A stretch of DNA of 64,000 nucleotides from Octopus vulgaris (taxonomy: Eukaryota), in the NCBI GenBank assembly GCA_951406725.2, contig OX597823.1, forward strand, positions 27,094,001-27,158,000. Reading direction: 5' to 3'. Below, in pieces: positions 40,481 to 52,664 of the stretch (position 1 is its first letter; every line of letters begins with the position of its first letter). The notes below the pieces were generated by a model. The model had not been told where the DNA came from. It saw nothing but the letters and a program-made list of their open reading frames with translations, and ran no database searches. Made by a program: the position numbers and the translations under genes.

Positions 40481-41400
40481 ATGCCTTTAGTCAGATCTAC
40501 TGGCTGTCTTCCAATGAGCGGAAAAGAATAATATGCTGCTGAACGATGTAGAAATTTGAGTTGTTCCACTTCGGAAAAGAGGACACCCTGAAACTCCCAT
40601 ACTCCCTTCCTTCAGGTGAAACACACATGGCATTCAACAACATTAGAGACTTGGGAGTAATTGTGGATAACATCATAAGCTGGGCCGCTCATATAAACAG
40701 CAAGGTTGATATGGCTTGCAGAATGTGCTCCTGGATTCTTAGAACTTTCCAGTTGAGAGATATCCCTACCATTATCTTTCTCTTCTCTACTTTTGCTCGA
40801 CCCCACCTTGAATGCTGTTGTCCACTGTGGTCGCCTCGCACGAAACAAAGTATCATGAAAATTGAAACAGCTCAAAGGTCAATTGCAAAAATGATAGATG
40901 TCACGACAGGCCTTCATTGTTGGGATCGACTAGAAAAGTTCAAGCTTTATTCTGCCCAACGCCGCCGCGAGCACTACATTATCTGCATTATGTGGAAAAT
41001 ATTCCATCAGCATTGCCCAAATGATGTTGGCATCACCTTTAAGATACATCCAAGACTTGAACCCCTTGCTATCCGTCCACAACATAAATCATATTCGCAT
41101 CACATAACAACAATACTGCACAATTATTTCACCTCAATTGGCCCCGCTCTCTTTAACATTACACCAAAACACATTAAAGCAGAATCAGAACCCATAATGT
41201 TCAAGAAATCTTTGGACAAATTCCTTGAAAAAAGTCCTGGATAAGCCTCCTACACCCGGATATGTCACCATAAACAATAACTCTCTCTTCGATTGGGACA
41301 TATTGTCCGATTCCTGATTTGAATGACTTTGCCGGGTGGTGTTCGTAAGTTAGTCATGTCCTGGGCCAATACTGGCCGAAACCTATCAAAGTATCAAAGT
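40481..41400 (+). mobile_element. 5'-truncated copy of the CR1-group LINE
   Basis: ORF 40561-41244 closely parallels the C-terminus of 10186-11550. (ATCAAAGT)2 tail followed by (TA)n. Confidence 0.92.
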
Positions 41401-41404
41401 ATAT

Positions 41405-41454
<50 letters not shown>

Positions 41455-41550
41455 GCTCTTATTTGTTATCGAAATGAGAGGATCAACATACATTCCGTAT
41501 ATTGATATTTTCTCTGAATCGCATTTAAATTTCAAATTTTAAGTTTTTAA

Positions 41551-41635
41551 TTCACCTGAGGAAAATGGTTCTTTCCCATGATGTAATCAGTTTATTCATC
41601 AATAAAAAAATCGCGCATGAAACAGCTGTAGTGAA
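41551..41635 (+). ncRNA. Type I hammerhead motif with long, weak stem II
   Basis: uucac-CUGAGGA...GAAAC-agcu-GUA-gugaa. Confidence 0.65.
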
Positions 41636-41937
41636 CTTTAACCCAATTGTGTTCCTTATGTATATATGTATGTATAGAATCAAGATATAATAATGAAGGA
41701 TGGAAGTTAAGCATCTTTGATTGATTAATTAATTACAAACTTTTTCTGCATATTAAATTCCGATACGTGTTTCTGATGAATAATGTACGAGAATCCTTTG
41801 ATATGATAATTTTGTGCATCTAATCGATCTATATCAAATGAGTTGTAGCACGGATTTTGATCCAAGGGTTAACAGTCTTACACAGCTTTTTCTCCAATGT
41901 GTTTTCTATGCTTGCATATACAAATATAAACACTCAC

Positions 41938-42095
41938 GAAGCCTATGGATTCTTCTTCCACAAGTCTCTCCCTTTTTACGCAGGTAAGTGTGATTTCATG
42001 AAAATTGTCTGTTACATCTGTCAAGTTGTGTGACAATGTAGAAGTTCTCTTGTCCGGTCTTGTTGTAGTTTTTTTCTCAAGTTTATACCTTTCAG
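41938..42095 (-). CDS. Candidate paralogous exon, phase 1 to 0 (ERYKLEKKTTTRPDKRTSTLSHNLTDVTDNFHEITLTCVKRERLVEEESIGF)
   Basis: Acceptor atgtcttccag (alternative at 42130), donor ttc|GTGAGT. The flank is similar to 16050-16270. Confidence 0.4.
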
Positions 42096-42959
42096 CTGGA
42101 AGACATAAACACATCTGAATTCATAGATAACTAAAACAAAAAAGAAAGAGAACAAAATTTGATGAAACAAACAAGACATATGTAGCGTTAGTTTTCAGAC
42201 AGAATAATAACTACTGCCATTAAAGTTTATTTATTATTCTGTCCCGTATATCTGATATGATTTAGTAATAATACCCATCTGTTCAGTATCGTCTGATGGA
42301 AGCTTCATTTATATCACACAGTACTGAAATGGCAAATATTTTCCCTCGTTATCTATGTTTTTGAGTTAATGTACGTATTAGATGTGTATTTAGATATATG
42401 ATAACTAATAGAAACCAAGGAAACAAGAAAGAAATAGGAAAGAAATGAAGTAATAAAATTCTTTTTATTTTCTTATTACATGTATTTCGGCGAATTGCTA
42501 ATATGAATGCAGAATATTAAAACAAAGGAAGAATAATAAACTCAATAGACAAAGGAACAACATTGGACCTATAAAAATATTTAGAAAGAAGAAAATGATT
42601 AGTTTAATAGGTGAAAGCAAAAGCCAAAACATTTTGTAATAAACAGAATATTTTTTTACATGCTGGGGCAGGAGAAATGAATCGTTCTGATGGCATCCTA
42701 GAGCAATTAGTTTAGTACCAATCTTGAATAATTGTCAGTACCAGCGAGAAAGTCATGCACAAAGAAGATATTCCAGGGAGTCAATTTTCTGTGAACGAAA
42801 GACCAGGCGCAGGGATGACGGGTCTGAGATGGATACCATATGGATGATGAAAGGGCGAAAAGCAGTTGGGACGGGTATGCTAGAGTGAAGAATAAAATAA
42901 AGGTAACATGAGATGGTATCATGAGAAGCAGAAGTCACTATAAAAATGGTAGAAAATGC

Positions 42960-44072
42960 GAAGAAATAATGCTCCTAATCATGCATTTTTTGTGCTGGAC
43001 CGCGACTCGCGTAAGAATTTTATGGTCGACACTGGCGCTTCATGGAGTATCTGGTCGGTAAAGTTTGTAACGCATAAGCCTGTTCTCTCGAATTTCTCTG
43101 CTAGCTGTCAACCATTCTCCTATCGGGGCAGACATCACACTCCTTGGTTTTGGCACTCCGGAGGGACTTTAAATGGATTTTTGCGATTGCTGATCCACCC
43201 TGTCCTATTCTCGGGACAGATTTCCTCTACCACTTCTCGCTGTTGGTAGGTGTTCACCAACAGCGTTTGTTGGATAGCTCAACGGAATTATCAGTTCCTG
43301 GTCATCCAGCGTTCGCTCCTGTTGTAAGCCCAATATATTTTAGTGCTGTGTCCGGTGACACATACCATTTCCTTCTCGACTATTTCCCGGAGCTTACTGA
43401 TTTAACTTTCAAAGTTGCTGATCCTATTCATTCTACGAGGGATTTTATCTACACCAGTGGTCCACCAGTGTTTACTCGTTCCGGCAGTCTTCCTCCTGAT
43501 AAACGCAAGGCTCCAAAAGTGGAATTCAAACACATGTTCCAGTTGGGTCTTATTCGTTCTTTTACTAGGCCCTGGTCTTCACTTCTCCATTTGGTCCTCA
43601 AAAGAGCAACAGATTTCCGTCCAGTCGGCGATTATAGCAGATTAAATACTATTATGACCCTGGACAGATACTCTGTTCCAAGACTGCAGGATTTTACTTC
43701 TACTTTGCATGGTAGTGCTGTCTTTTCTAAGGTTGATCTTGTCCGGTCGTATCACCAGATTCCTTTAAATCTAGACGATATACCAAAGATTGACCTTACC
43801 AATCCTTTCGGTTCGTTTGAATTCCTTCCAATGCCTTTTGGATTGCGGAACGCCGCTAGCACCTTCCAAAGCTTTATAGACTAGATCATTCGTGGTCTCG
43901 ACTTCGTTTATACTTATATTGATGATTTACTCATCACAAGTTCTACAAAGGAAGAGCATATTCAGCATCTAACGCTACTTTTTCAGCGTTTATGTAATTA
44001 TCAAACCAAAAATCATCCTGCAAAGTGTGTGTTTCGTTCTGCGTCGTTGGAATTCTTAGGTCACAAAATCGA
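42960..44072 (+). mobile_element. Decayed Gypsy/Ty3 pol fragment (protease, RT)
   Basis: FMVDTGAS, ILGTDFL, DYSRLN, FSKVDLVRSYHQI, MPFGLRNA, YIDDLLI, FLGH. Confidence 0.92.
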
Positions 44073-44291
44073 TCTTGCAACCTTTTCAATTGTCTTTTAA
44101 GAGTCAAGACTATTGAAAAGGTTGCAAGACGCCACGAAAATTTTAGGAAAATAAAAATAAGAAATAATTGGAAATTTTACCGGTGAGTGTGTTAAATTAT
44201 AAGGCACAAAAAGAAAATGACTCTCCCCAGACACAAGAGAGTATTTACTTCGAGTTCCACTGCTAAAATCGATTTATTACACCCCACCACA

Positions 44292-44331
<40 letters not shown>

Positions 44332-44574
44332 TATTCTACATAAATAAAGGAATTCGCGAACGCAGGAGGATTGTGACCTGCAAGATTCCAAACGGTAGAC
44401 GTTAAAGAGAGACTCAAGCGCCGAACGTTTCGTGCATTGTTACTAATAATTTGCTAAGTGCCAATGAACAAAGATCTCCACCCTTGAGTCACGCATGCCG
44501 ATTAATAATAAAATAATATATAGACTCATACTTTTAGTTATGTTTTCTTGTATCAGCAAAGTTATATATATATA

Positions 44575-44618
<44 letters not shown>

Positions 44619-44791
44619 TATACTTCCAAAAATAGTTTCAAGGGACATATAATCCTGGTGGTTAACGTTTTAACTCTCAATGCTAGTTAGCCGCCACGAA
44701 TGTTGGCGATACTTTAGTCTGTGATAATTGAATAGACTCAGTTATAATCCTCGCTTCATTAATTTCATTAATTCCTTTATATATATATATA

Positions 44792-45178
44792 TACTAGCAG
44801 TATCACCCGGCGTTCCTCGGGTTTGTTTCGACCTTTTAGAATTGAAATTTTTGGAAAGTAAGAATTTTGAATTATGTAGCTTGTTATTCTCTTTAAGTGA
44901 ACATTTTTCTGGTTGAAATACACCGAAAAATGGCGACACATCAGTCAAAACGTCATAAAAAATAGGAATTTTCATAAAAAAAACACCTTTTTTCATATAA
45001 ATAATTTTTGGTGTTAACATGGTCCGATTTGAATTTTTTTCTTCTACGGAAGGAAGAGCAATCCTTCTTCTATCATACTCTCAATTTTGGTCAACTTGCG
45101 CCGCTAGGAGATAGTGTTAGTTGAAGGCTACCAAACCTGGTATACACAGACAACTTCAGCTTTATATATAGAGAGATA
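44792..45178 (-). mobile_element. Short non-autonomous Helitron
   Basis: 5' TCTCTCTATATATAAA, 3' hairpin followed by CTAG-T. Ends resemble those of 14763-15724. Confidence 0.8.
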
Positions 45179-45399
45179 TAGTGTGTATATATATATATAT
45201 ATATACGGTCAACACACAAATTGCATGCATGTGTTTTGTACGCATACATGCTAGTGTGTGTGTGTGTGTGTGTGACTGAACCCATTCACACATACATACA
45301 TACATACCAACACCTGTCTCTCTGTTTTTGTCTGTCAATCAGTCACTAATAAGGAATTTTAAGAATCTGTTATCTCTCTCTCTCCCTCCCTCTCTTTAC

Positions 45400-45661
45400 A
45401 CCGATGCTAGAAGGGGGCTTAACTCAGGTTTTGTAAACAATAATGGCGTCACTATAGTGAATTTCTCCGCCGTGAAAATTGAAGTTATAGCTCAAAATTA
45501 TTTACCGTTATTCGTGGGTGCCTCGGGGGAAAATAGTTTGATGAAAATACAGCTAGGATCATGACGAATGTCCTCCTAAAATTTGAGCGACATGTGTGCT
45601 AATTTGTGGATGTGCATAAACTATAATCATGTACACATACACACACAAACACATCCTGCCT

Positions 45662-45670
<9 letters not shown>
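45400..45670 (-). mobile_element. Helitron 5'-end fragment
   Basis: Homologous to 3700-3985. Confidence 0.6.
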
Positions 45671-45741
<71 letters not shown>

Positions 45742-46033
45742 TGTGTGTATGTATTTATATATCTGTAAATGTAATATGTGACAATTATTCGGTAGCCATG
45801 ATAAAACTCGGAGTTTTATCATGGCTACCGAATAATTGTCACGTATTACATTTACATATAACTTCCTCTATTTACATATTATCGAGGTCTCTTTCATTCT
45901 TTTGTTGTCTTACCATTTTTATCAATATATATATATGTAGTGAGAATTTACAAAAAAAACCCCACAAAAGACGAAGACGCGTGTGTAAACAACAAACAGA
46001 TGTATTAGTTTAACGCTCGAGAATTGAGAAAGT

Positions 46034-46069
46034 CTTTTACGTTTCGAGCCTACGCTCTTCAACAGAAAG
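46034..46069 (-). ncRNA. Minimal hammerhead motif (CUGUUGA variant) in a solo PLE pseudo-LTR (~45940-46125)
   Basis: Identical 36-mer to 29051-29086. Confidence 0.7.
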
Positions 46070-46156
46070 GAACACAGAAATAAACAGGGCGGGAAAATAA
46101 AAAAAAGGTTTAGTGGATAGCGATCTCTCTCTCTCTCACACACACACGCGCACACT

Positions 46157-46195
<39 letters not shown>

Positions 46196-46207
46196 GTATA
46201 TATATAG

Positions 46208-46640
46208 TGGGTGGGTTGCGATTTTCTTCACTACTTCTGGGAGTGACGACCCTGTCTGACACGAGTCCCGGGTTCAGCTGGCTCCGGCTGACAGTAACCT
46301 GTGTGAGCCTCTATCCAGGGGTACATAAAGGAGACAACCTTCAGAGAAATCCAGAGTGGAGCCCCGTAGTGGTTTAGTGTTCGGCTCGACACTCTTCCGG
46401 CAACTCCTGCAACCAAACTGGTACCAAACGTAATGCTCTGCACTACTATGGTCTACGTCAGCAAGGTCGAGAGAGGAATCCTGACGATTGGACGACCCAG
46501 GATTTTCTTACATCTAGCCCAGGCCTGCGCATAACTGGAGAGGACACTTCAGTGCTGCTGTAAAAAGCTTCGCTACATCTGCGTCACCTGCCAGAGGGAG
46601 TGTTTGTCCAGGATAGGACTACGCAGCCACAGCAGATGTG
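46208..46640 (+). mobile_element. GC-rich fragment resembling an RTE-clade LINE 5' UTR
   Basis: Motifs ggcaactcctgc..aactggtaccaaacgtaatgctctgc and gcccaggcctgcgc, recalled from RTE 5' UTRs and not verified. Confidence 0.45.
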
Positions 46641-46732
46641 AATGACATGAAGTGAAAAAACCAGACCGGATTATTTTATGCGCAACTCCATTGTCTCCCG
46701 AGACAAAAGTATGTCAACAACAAAAAACAACA

Positions 46733-46799
<67 letters not shown>

Positions 46800-47262
46800 G
46801 GCTAACCCCTTTTAAGATGTTATGTCTGCTTTTTGTATCCATCAGACCCTGCCCCGCAATCTTCCAACTCACTGCGTGACATATTAAGCAAGTATATTTT
46901 AACATAACCATGCGTCTATCCAAGCGTTATATTTTTCTATATACTAACATATCGATTTTCTTTTGTCTACCTTGCTACTGTATTCATATATCTTCTAAAT
47001 GTCTTAAAAAATTTTGTCACATAATTACTAGAGGCTTTTAGAGCAAAGATATATTGAACATGATATATATGGACTATTTACATATTTAGCAATCTAGTTA
47101 TTTATCGACTTCTATTTATTTTTTTCTACGTGTTCATTAATCTATGACAAGCAATGACAAATTTATCACCGGGAGACATATTTTCCTTATCATAATTAGA
47201 ATATAAAATTAGTGTATCAATAATTATTACTTTAGAGGTACGTATCTTTTAAGACATTATGG

Positions 47263-47398
<136 letters not shown>

Positions 47399-47400
47399 TC

Positions 47401-47459
<59 letters not shown>

Positions 47460-47570
47460 TACACAAATATACATATATATGCATACACAAATATACATAT
47501 ACATATATAAAACAGAAATAATAAATAGAATCAAAAGGAAGGGGGAGTACGATTCGACAGCTGTTTGATG

Positions 47571-47674
47571 ACCACTACACGTTTCGATACAACATAGAGC
47601 CAGATATACACACGATTTAAATTCAAATTATGTAATCTTGTATAATAGGACTTAGTTGTATCACCTCAGGTGAT
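47571..47674 (-). ncRNA. Type I hammerhead motif with long loop II (A9U deviation)
   Basis: aucac-CUGAGGU-gauacaac...guuguauc-GAAAC-gu-GUA-guggu. Confidence 0.65.
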
Positions 47675-47754
47675 ATATAATCGCTGTCTCCGTAAGTAAA
47701 TGTTTCATTTCGAGAACACGCTAGAATTGTTTGTATATCATAATAGTGTTTGCT

Positions 47755-48140
47755 GGAGGCGCAATGGCTCAGTGATTAGAGCAGCGGACTCGCGGTCATA
47801 GGATCGCGGTTTCGATTCCCAGACCGGGCGTTGTGAATGTTTATTGAGCGAAAACACCTAAAAGCTCCACGAGGCTCCGGCAGGGGATGGTGGTGATCTC
47901 TGCTGTACTCTTTCACCACAACTTTCTCTCACTCTTACTTCCTGTTTCTCTTGTACCTGTATTTTAAGGGGCCGGCCTTGTCACTCTCTGTGTCACGCTG
48001 AATATCTCCGAGAACTACGTTAAGGGTGCACGTGTCTGTGGAGTGCTCAGCCACTTACACGTTAATTTCATGAGCAGTCTGTTCCGTTGATTCGGATCAA
48101 CCGGAACCCTCATCGTCGTAACCGACGGAGTGCTTCCATC
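47755..48140 (+). mobile_element. Full-length tRNA-derived SINE (OK-like)
   Basis: A box tggctcagtga, B box ggtttcgattccc, long tRNA-unrelated body. Confidence 0.85.
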
Positions 48141-48379
48141 CAGTGTTTGCTATCTGGTTATTCTTAGAGATCAACGCAGTAGATGTACTGACAAGTTATA
48201 TTCGTAGCCGCAGCTCATAACATCTCTTCAACTGAAGGGAGGTAAAATCATAGTCAGTTAATTTTGTAAACAACAACAAAATCCCGAATGAAACTCTATT
48301 GGCAAAATCTTGGGCGAGACAGTGTCACCATAGTTAGAAGCAATAACCAGGGCAACTAATAACAAATATGCATTTAAAA

Positions 48380-48810
48380 GAACAAGTATGACCTCTTGTA
48401 TTCTCATTCTGAATGTTCTCAACACATCTTCCGGCAGTCTTCTGTATGTTGTCCTATTTTCTTAACATGCACATGTAATGATACGCTACTCATTGCAATT
48501 TCCAGGTCTCGAACAGTTTGCGAATTTAGTACTGCATTTCTTTCAAGCCTTGTGTATACATGTTGTTCTGTTTCGTAGGAATGGTAATGAAGCGACTGAA
48601 TCTTGCATACGTTGAATTTCATGTTGCTTCCTTCGGCTCATCTTCGTAGAGATTAGAGGTCCTTTCTGTAAGTATTTTTTCAGTATGTTTTGTGCTTTTA
48701 ATGTCTTTCAAATCTTCGTATTATCTGTATAGCAAGGGAAAGATTTTATGTTGAAAACCGAAAGAAAGTTTCATAGAATTACTACAAAGAGTAATTTTTC
48801 CTAGGACTGT
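48380..48810 (-). mobile_element. Very decayed CR1-like RT fragment
   Basis: MKFNVCK..VRDLEI-like remnants. Confidence 0.45.
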
Positions 48811-49756
48811 CAAAGTTGCACCCCGCTTTATACACACCCATATATTTCTATGTAAATAGATATGTGTAGGTACATATGCACATATATATGTATATAGCTA
48901 TACGGAAATATGTTTATAAATGATTATGTGTGTATGTGTTTATGTGTGTGTGTGTGTGTTTTTATTTATATACATACGTAACATGCATTCATATATGCAT
49001 ACATATATACATAAATACACATACAAGCACATGCACATGCGTATACTGTAACATACTGTAGTGTCTATCAACACGAACACTGATCTATCGCATTCTTGTT
49101 ATGACCCAAACATTCTGTCAGAACATCCAACCATCGGCCACTCTCATTCGACCGAAAAAGCATTATGATTGCGCTCCTCAACACTCACATAAATGCATGA
49201 TAAATAATCTCTGCTTGCCAGTAGTGAAATTATTTCCCCTTCTACATACCATTTTTCATTGTCATTTACTGAGCTACGTATACAGCTCATGCGGCCATGT
49301 AGCAACGTATAGATCACATAAAGCTACATACACATAGCATATAGTTTCCATGTTATGTTGCTAATATATTAATATTATAAGACTCGTTATCTCACACATT
49401 TCTTACAATCTATATCTGACATCACAGTGTTGTCAAATATAATAAAATTTTGGCCTTTTGGCACCACGAGGTTGTTCATTCGACAAAGTGAAATAATAAA
49501 TAGAATTATCAATTCCCCAGCAACTTGTCCACAGGAATGGACCTGATCAATGCAAGCAGCCACACATTCTTATTTAGAAGCCATTCTTATTTCTCTTCAT
49601 CCGGATCCTAGATATTTGAGAACGGGAAGTTTTCTACGATTACGAAACTCCGAATGATATAAAGGTTAGTCAACTTGTTAACAAACGCTGCATGAATTTC
49701 ATTTCAGCGCTCAGTCATTTACATCATGAACCGTAGTATGTGTATGCGAGTGTGGG

Positions 49757-50038
49757 AATGTATGTACGTATGTATGCATGTATGTATGTATGTATGTATG
49801 TATGCATGTATGTATGTATGTATGTATGTATGTATGTATGTATGTATGTATGTATGGATGGATGTATGTATGTATGTATCTATGTATGTATGTATGTATG
49901 TATGTATGTATGTATGTATGTATGTATGTATGTATGTATGTATGTATGTATGTATGTATGTATGTATGTATGTATGTACGTATGTATGTATGTACATACA
50001 TACATACATACATACATACATACATACATACATACATA
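49757..50038. repeat. (TATG)n abutting (CATA)n, head-to-head
   Basis: Strand switch at tgtaca, ~49991-49996. Confidence 0.95.
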
Positions 50039-50336
50039 CCAGAGACGTGCCGCCTAGGCAGGCAACGTAGGTAGTGCCTACCTTCAATAGAATAGATCGA
50101 TAGCAACATTTTCCTTTGATGGTAAAATATGCATCTAATCCACTAAATTTATGACGGTTACTCTGATTACTATGCATAAAATGCAAAATATTATTTGTTT
50201 TTTGTAGATTCGGTAGGCATAATTTGCTCTTGCTTTTCAATCTCCGTATTATAGCTACGCTTAGTACTGCTGCAGTACGCGTGCTGTGTACATTCTTACA
50301 ACAATGTTTTCTTTACGTGTTATAAAGGCACAAGTA

Positions 50337-50421
<85 letters not shown>

Positions 50422-50479
50422 CGCACACACACATATATATATACATACATACATACACACACACACTCACATATATATA

Positions 50480-51607
50480 CTTTTGGGCCATTCTTCAGTT
50501 AAAACAGTCTCCAGTTCTTGTAGTGATGATGGTGGAAGATATTGGCTCCATACTTGTTTTTCTAAAATGCACCATGAATGTTCAATAATATTGAGATGTG
50601 GTGGCCAGATAAGATGTTCAACTTCACTAGAATGTCCCTTGTGTCATTCAGTAACAACTTTAGCTGTCTGGATTGATGCATTATCATCCTGAAAGATTGC
50701 GTTTCCCTCTGGAAACAGTTTCGCAACCATAGGATGATTTTGATAAGATAAAATGCTTATATAGTCTTGACTATGAATTCTACCATGAAGGAAAACTATT
50801 GGGCCGGCGTATTTCCAAGATAAACCCCACCCCTTGATCATCACAGATCCTCCTCCATGTTTGACAGTTGGAAGAAGGCAGTCTGGGTCAAATGCTTCTT
50901 TTGGCTGTCTCCACACGTATACTTGACCGATGGTCGGACATAAGGAAAAGGATGACTCGTCCGAGAAAATAACATTCTTCCACTGCTCTAGGAACCAATA
51001 CTGTAGGTTTTTACTCCACTCTAAACGCTTTGCAACTTTTATTTTTCAAAGTAGTGATTTTTTGATAGCAGCCCTCCCTTGAAATCCGGCTTTGTGCAGC
51101 TCCCGACGAACAGCGTTTGTGGAAACTGGGTTCTTGAGGTGGCAATTAAGCTCTGCAGTAATTTTGGGAACTGTACTTTTGTGATCCTTTCCAACAATTC
51201 GGGTAAGAGTCCAACGGTCCCTATCTGAAAGTTTTGGTTTTCTTTCGGAGTTTTGTTTCGACGAGGAGGTTTTTCCCTGTTTTTCAAAAGCTGTTATTAC
51301 TTTCGAGATTGTACTTCTTGATACACCAAATATTTCGGCTGTTTTCCTTACGCTAGAACCTGCCATACGAGCGCCAACAATTTGACCTCTTTGAAAGTCC
51401 GATAGATCTGTCATTTTAATGAATTTTTATAACCTATTTCTGATGATATCTGAAAAGAAACAGCAATTTTAGCAAAACATATTAAGCAACACTAATAATA
51501 ATGAAAAAAAAAAACATAAAAATAAACAAGGTTTTAATGTTTTTATAGATATTTCAAAATTATGATGCTATGATGCTAGGTGTTTCCATTATTTTGTCCA
51601 ACCCCTG
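50480..51607 (-). mobile_element. Tc1 (DD34E) element, 3'-truncated, inactive
   Basis: TIR caggggttggacaaaataatggaaacacc after TA. MTDLSDFQRGQIVGAR, FSDES, KHGGGSVMI, FQDDNA, LNIIE motifs. Confidence 0.92.
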
Positions 51608-51700
51608 TATATATACGCGTGTAGTTATAAATACTTGCCTTCTTACATGAGAATATATTATATATATATACATATATAAGTATGAATAATATATGTGTGA

Positions 51701-51733
<33 letters not shown>

Positions 51734-52119
51734 CATATGTGTGTGTGTGTGTGTGTGTGCGTGTGTATGATGATACACACAAACATGTTAAAGTCAAAAT
51801 AACAGATGTAAATTAATATATATTCCGCGTATGTATACAAAGCTGTTGAGGAAATTAACATCGGAAAGGGACAAATGAAGCAATGTGACCCAGAATATTG
51901 CGATTTCTATCACGCTGTATTTTGTCGTAAAAACACTTTGCAAAGAGATCTTTAATAACGGATGTTAACAGTAAAAAGCGATTGAGTATATGCTTAGAGT
52001 TATTCGGTCTTCAGTAATAATCCCATATAAAGAAAATATGTTTTTCCTGAAACTAAGGAGATTTGTCAATAAATATGTTATGAATTCATGCTTGAAGCAG
52101 TAATATAATGAAATATAAT

Positions 52120-52219
52120 NNNNNNNNNNNNNNNNNNNNNNNNNNNNNNNNNNNNNNNNNNNNNNNNNNNNNNNNNNNNNNNNNNNNNNNNNNNNNNNNN
52201 NNNNNNNNNNNNNNNNNNN
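52120..52219. other. Assembly gap (100 N)
   Basis: Direct reading. Confidence 1.
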
Positions 52220-52664
52220 GAAAGTAATATTCTTAAGATTATAAACCTGGAAAAGTACAGGACAATTTATTACACCTGGAAAAGTGTAGGACAAGCTATT
52301 ATTTCTAGTAAAGTAAAGAATAAGAAACTTTTTACATAAAATATTGCTGTAAAGAATGCCAGTTCTTCTAATTTATCACTCTTTACAGTTCTCATCCTTT
52401 AAATTTATTGTACAAAACTGTTCAGCTAATTTTTATGTTTGTCTAATTAGTCACTTTTTTCTGTATTTAAGGTAGTTAATTAGCCAAATTCTACTTTAAT
52501 AAGTATAGTGTTACTTGTAAGCTATAATAAAATCATTTTTAATATTCAAATTTTAATTTTAGCTGTAATATTTTAAGTAAAAAGTTTCTTATTCTTTACT
52601 TTACTAGAAGTAATATTTTGTCCTATACAATTCCAGGTTTATAATCTTAAGAATATGGCTTTTC
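52220..52664. mobile_element. MITE/foldback-like element with ~100-bp imperfect TIRs
   Basis: atattcttaagattataaacctggaa...ttccaggtttataatcttaagaatat and ctagtaaagtaaagaataagaaacttttta with its reverse complement. Confidence 0.7.

Noticed and set aside
41758-44500. Further hammerhead-like half motifs (~41758-41830, ~44420-44437)
   Set aside because: The GAAAC side is present but there is no recognisable CUGANGA core.
47755-47830. tRNA-like sequence
   Set aside because: It is a SINE head continuing into a repeat body found three times in the window, with no clean cloverleaf.
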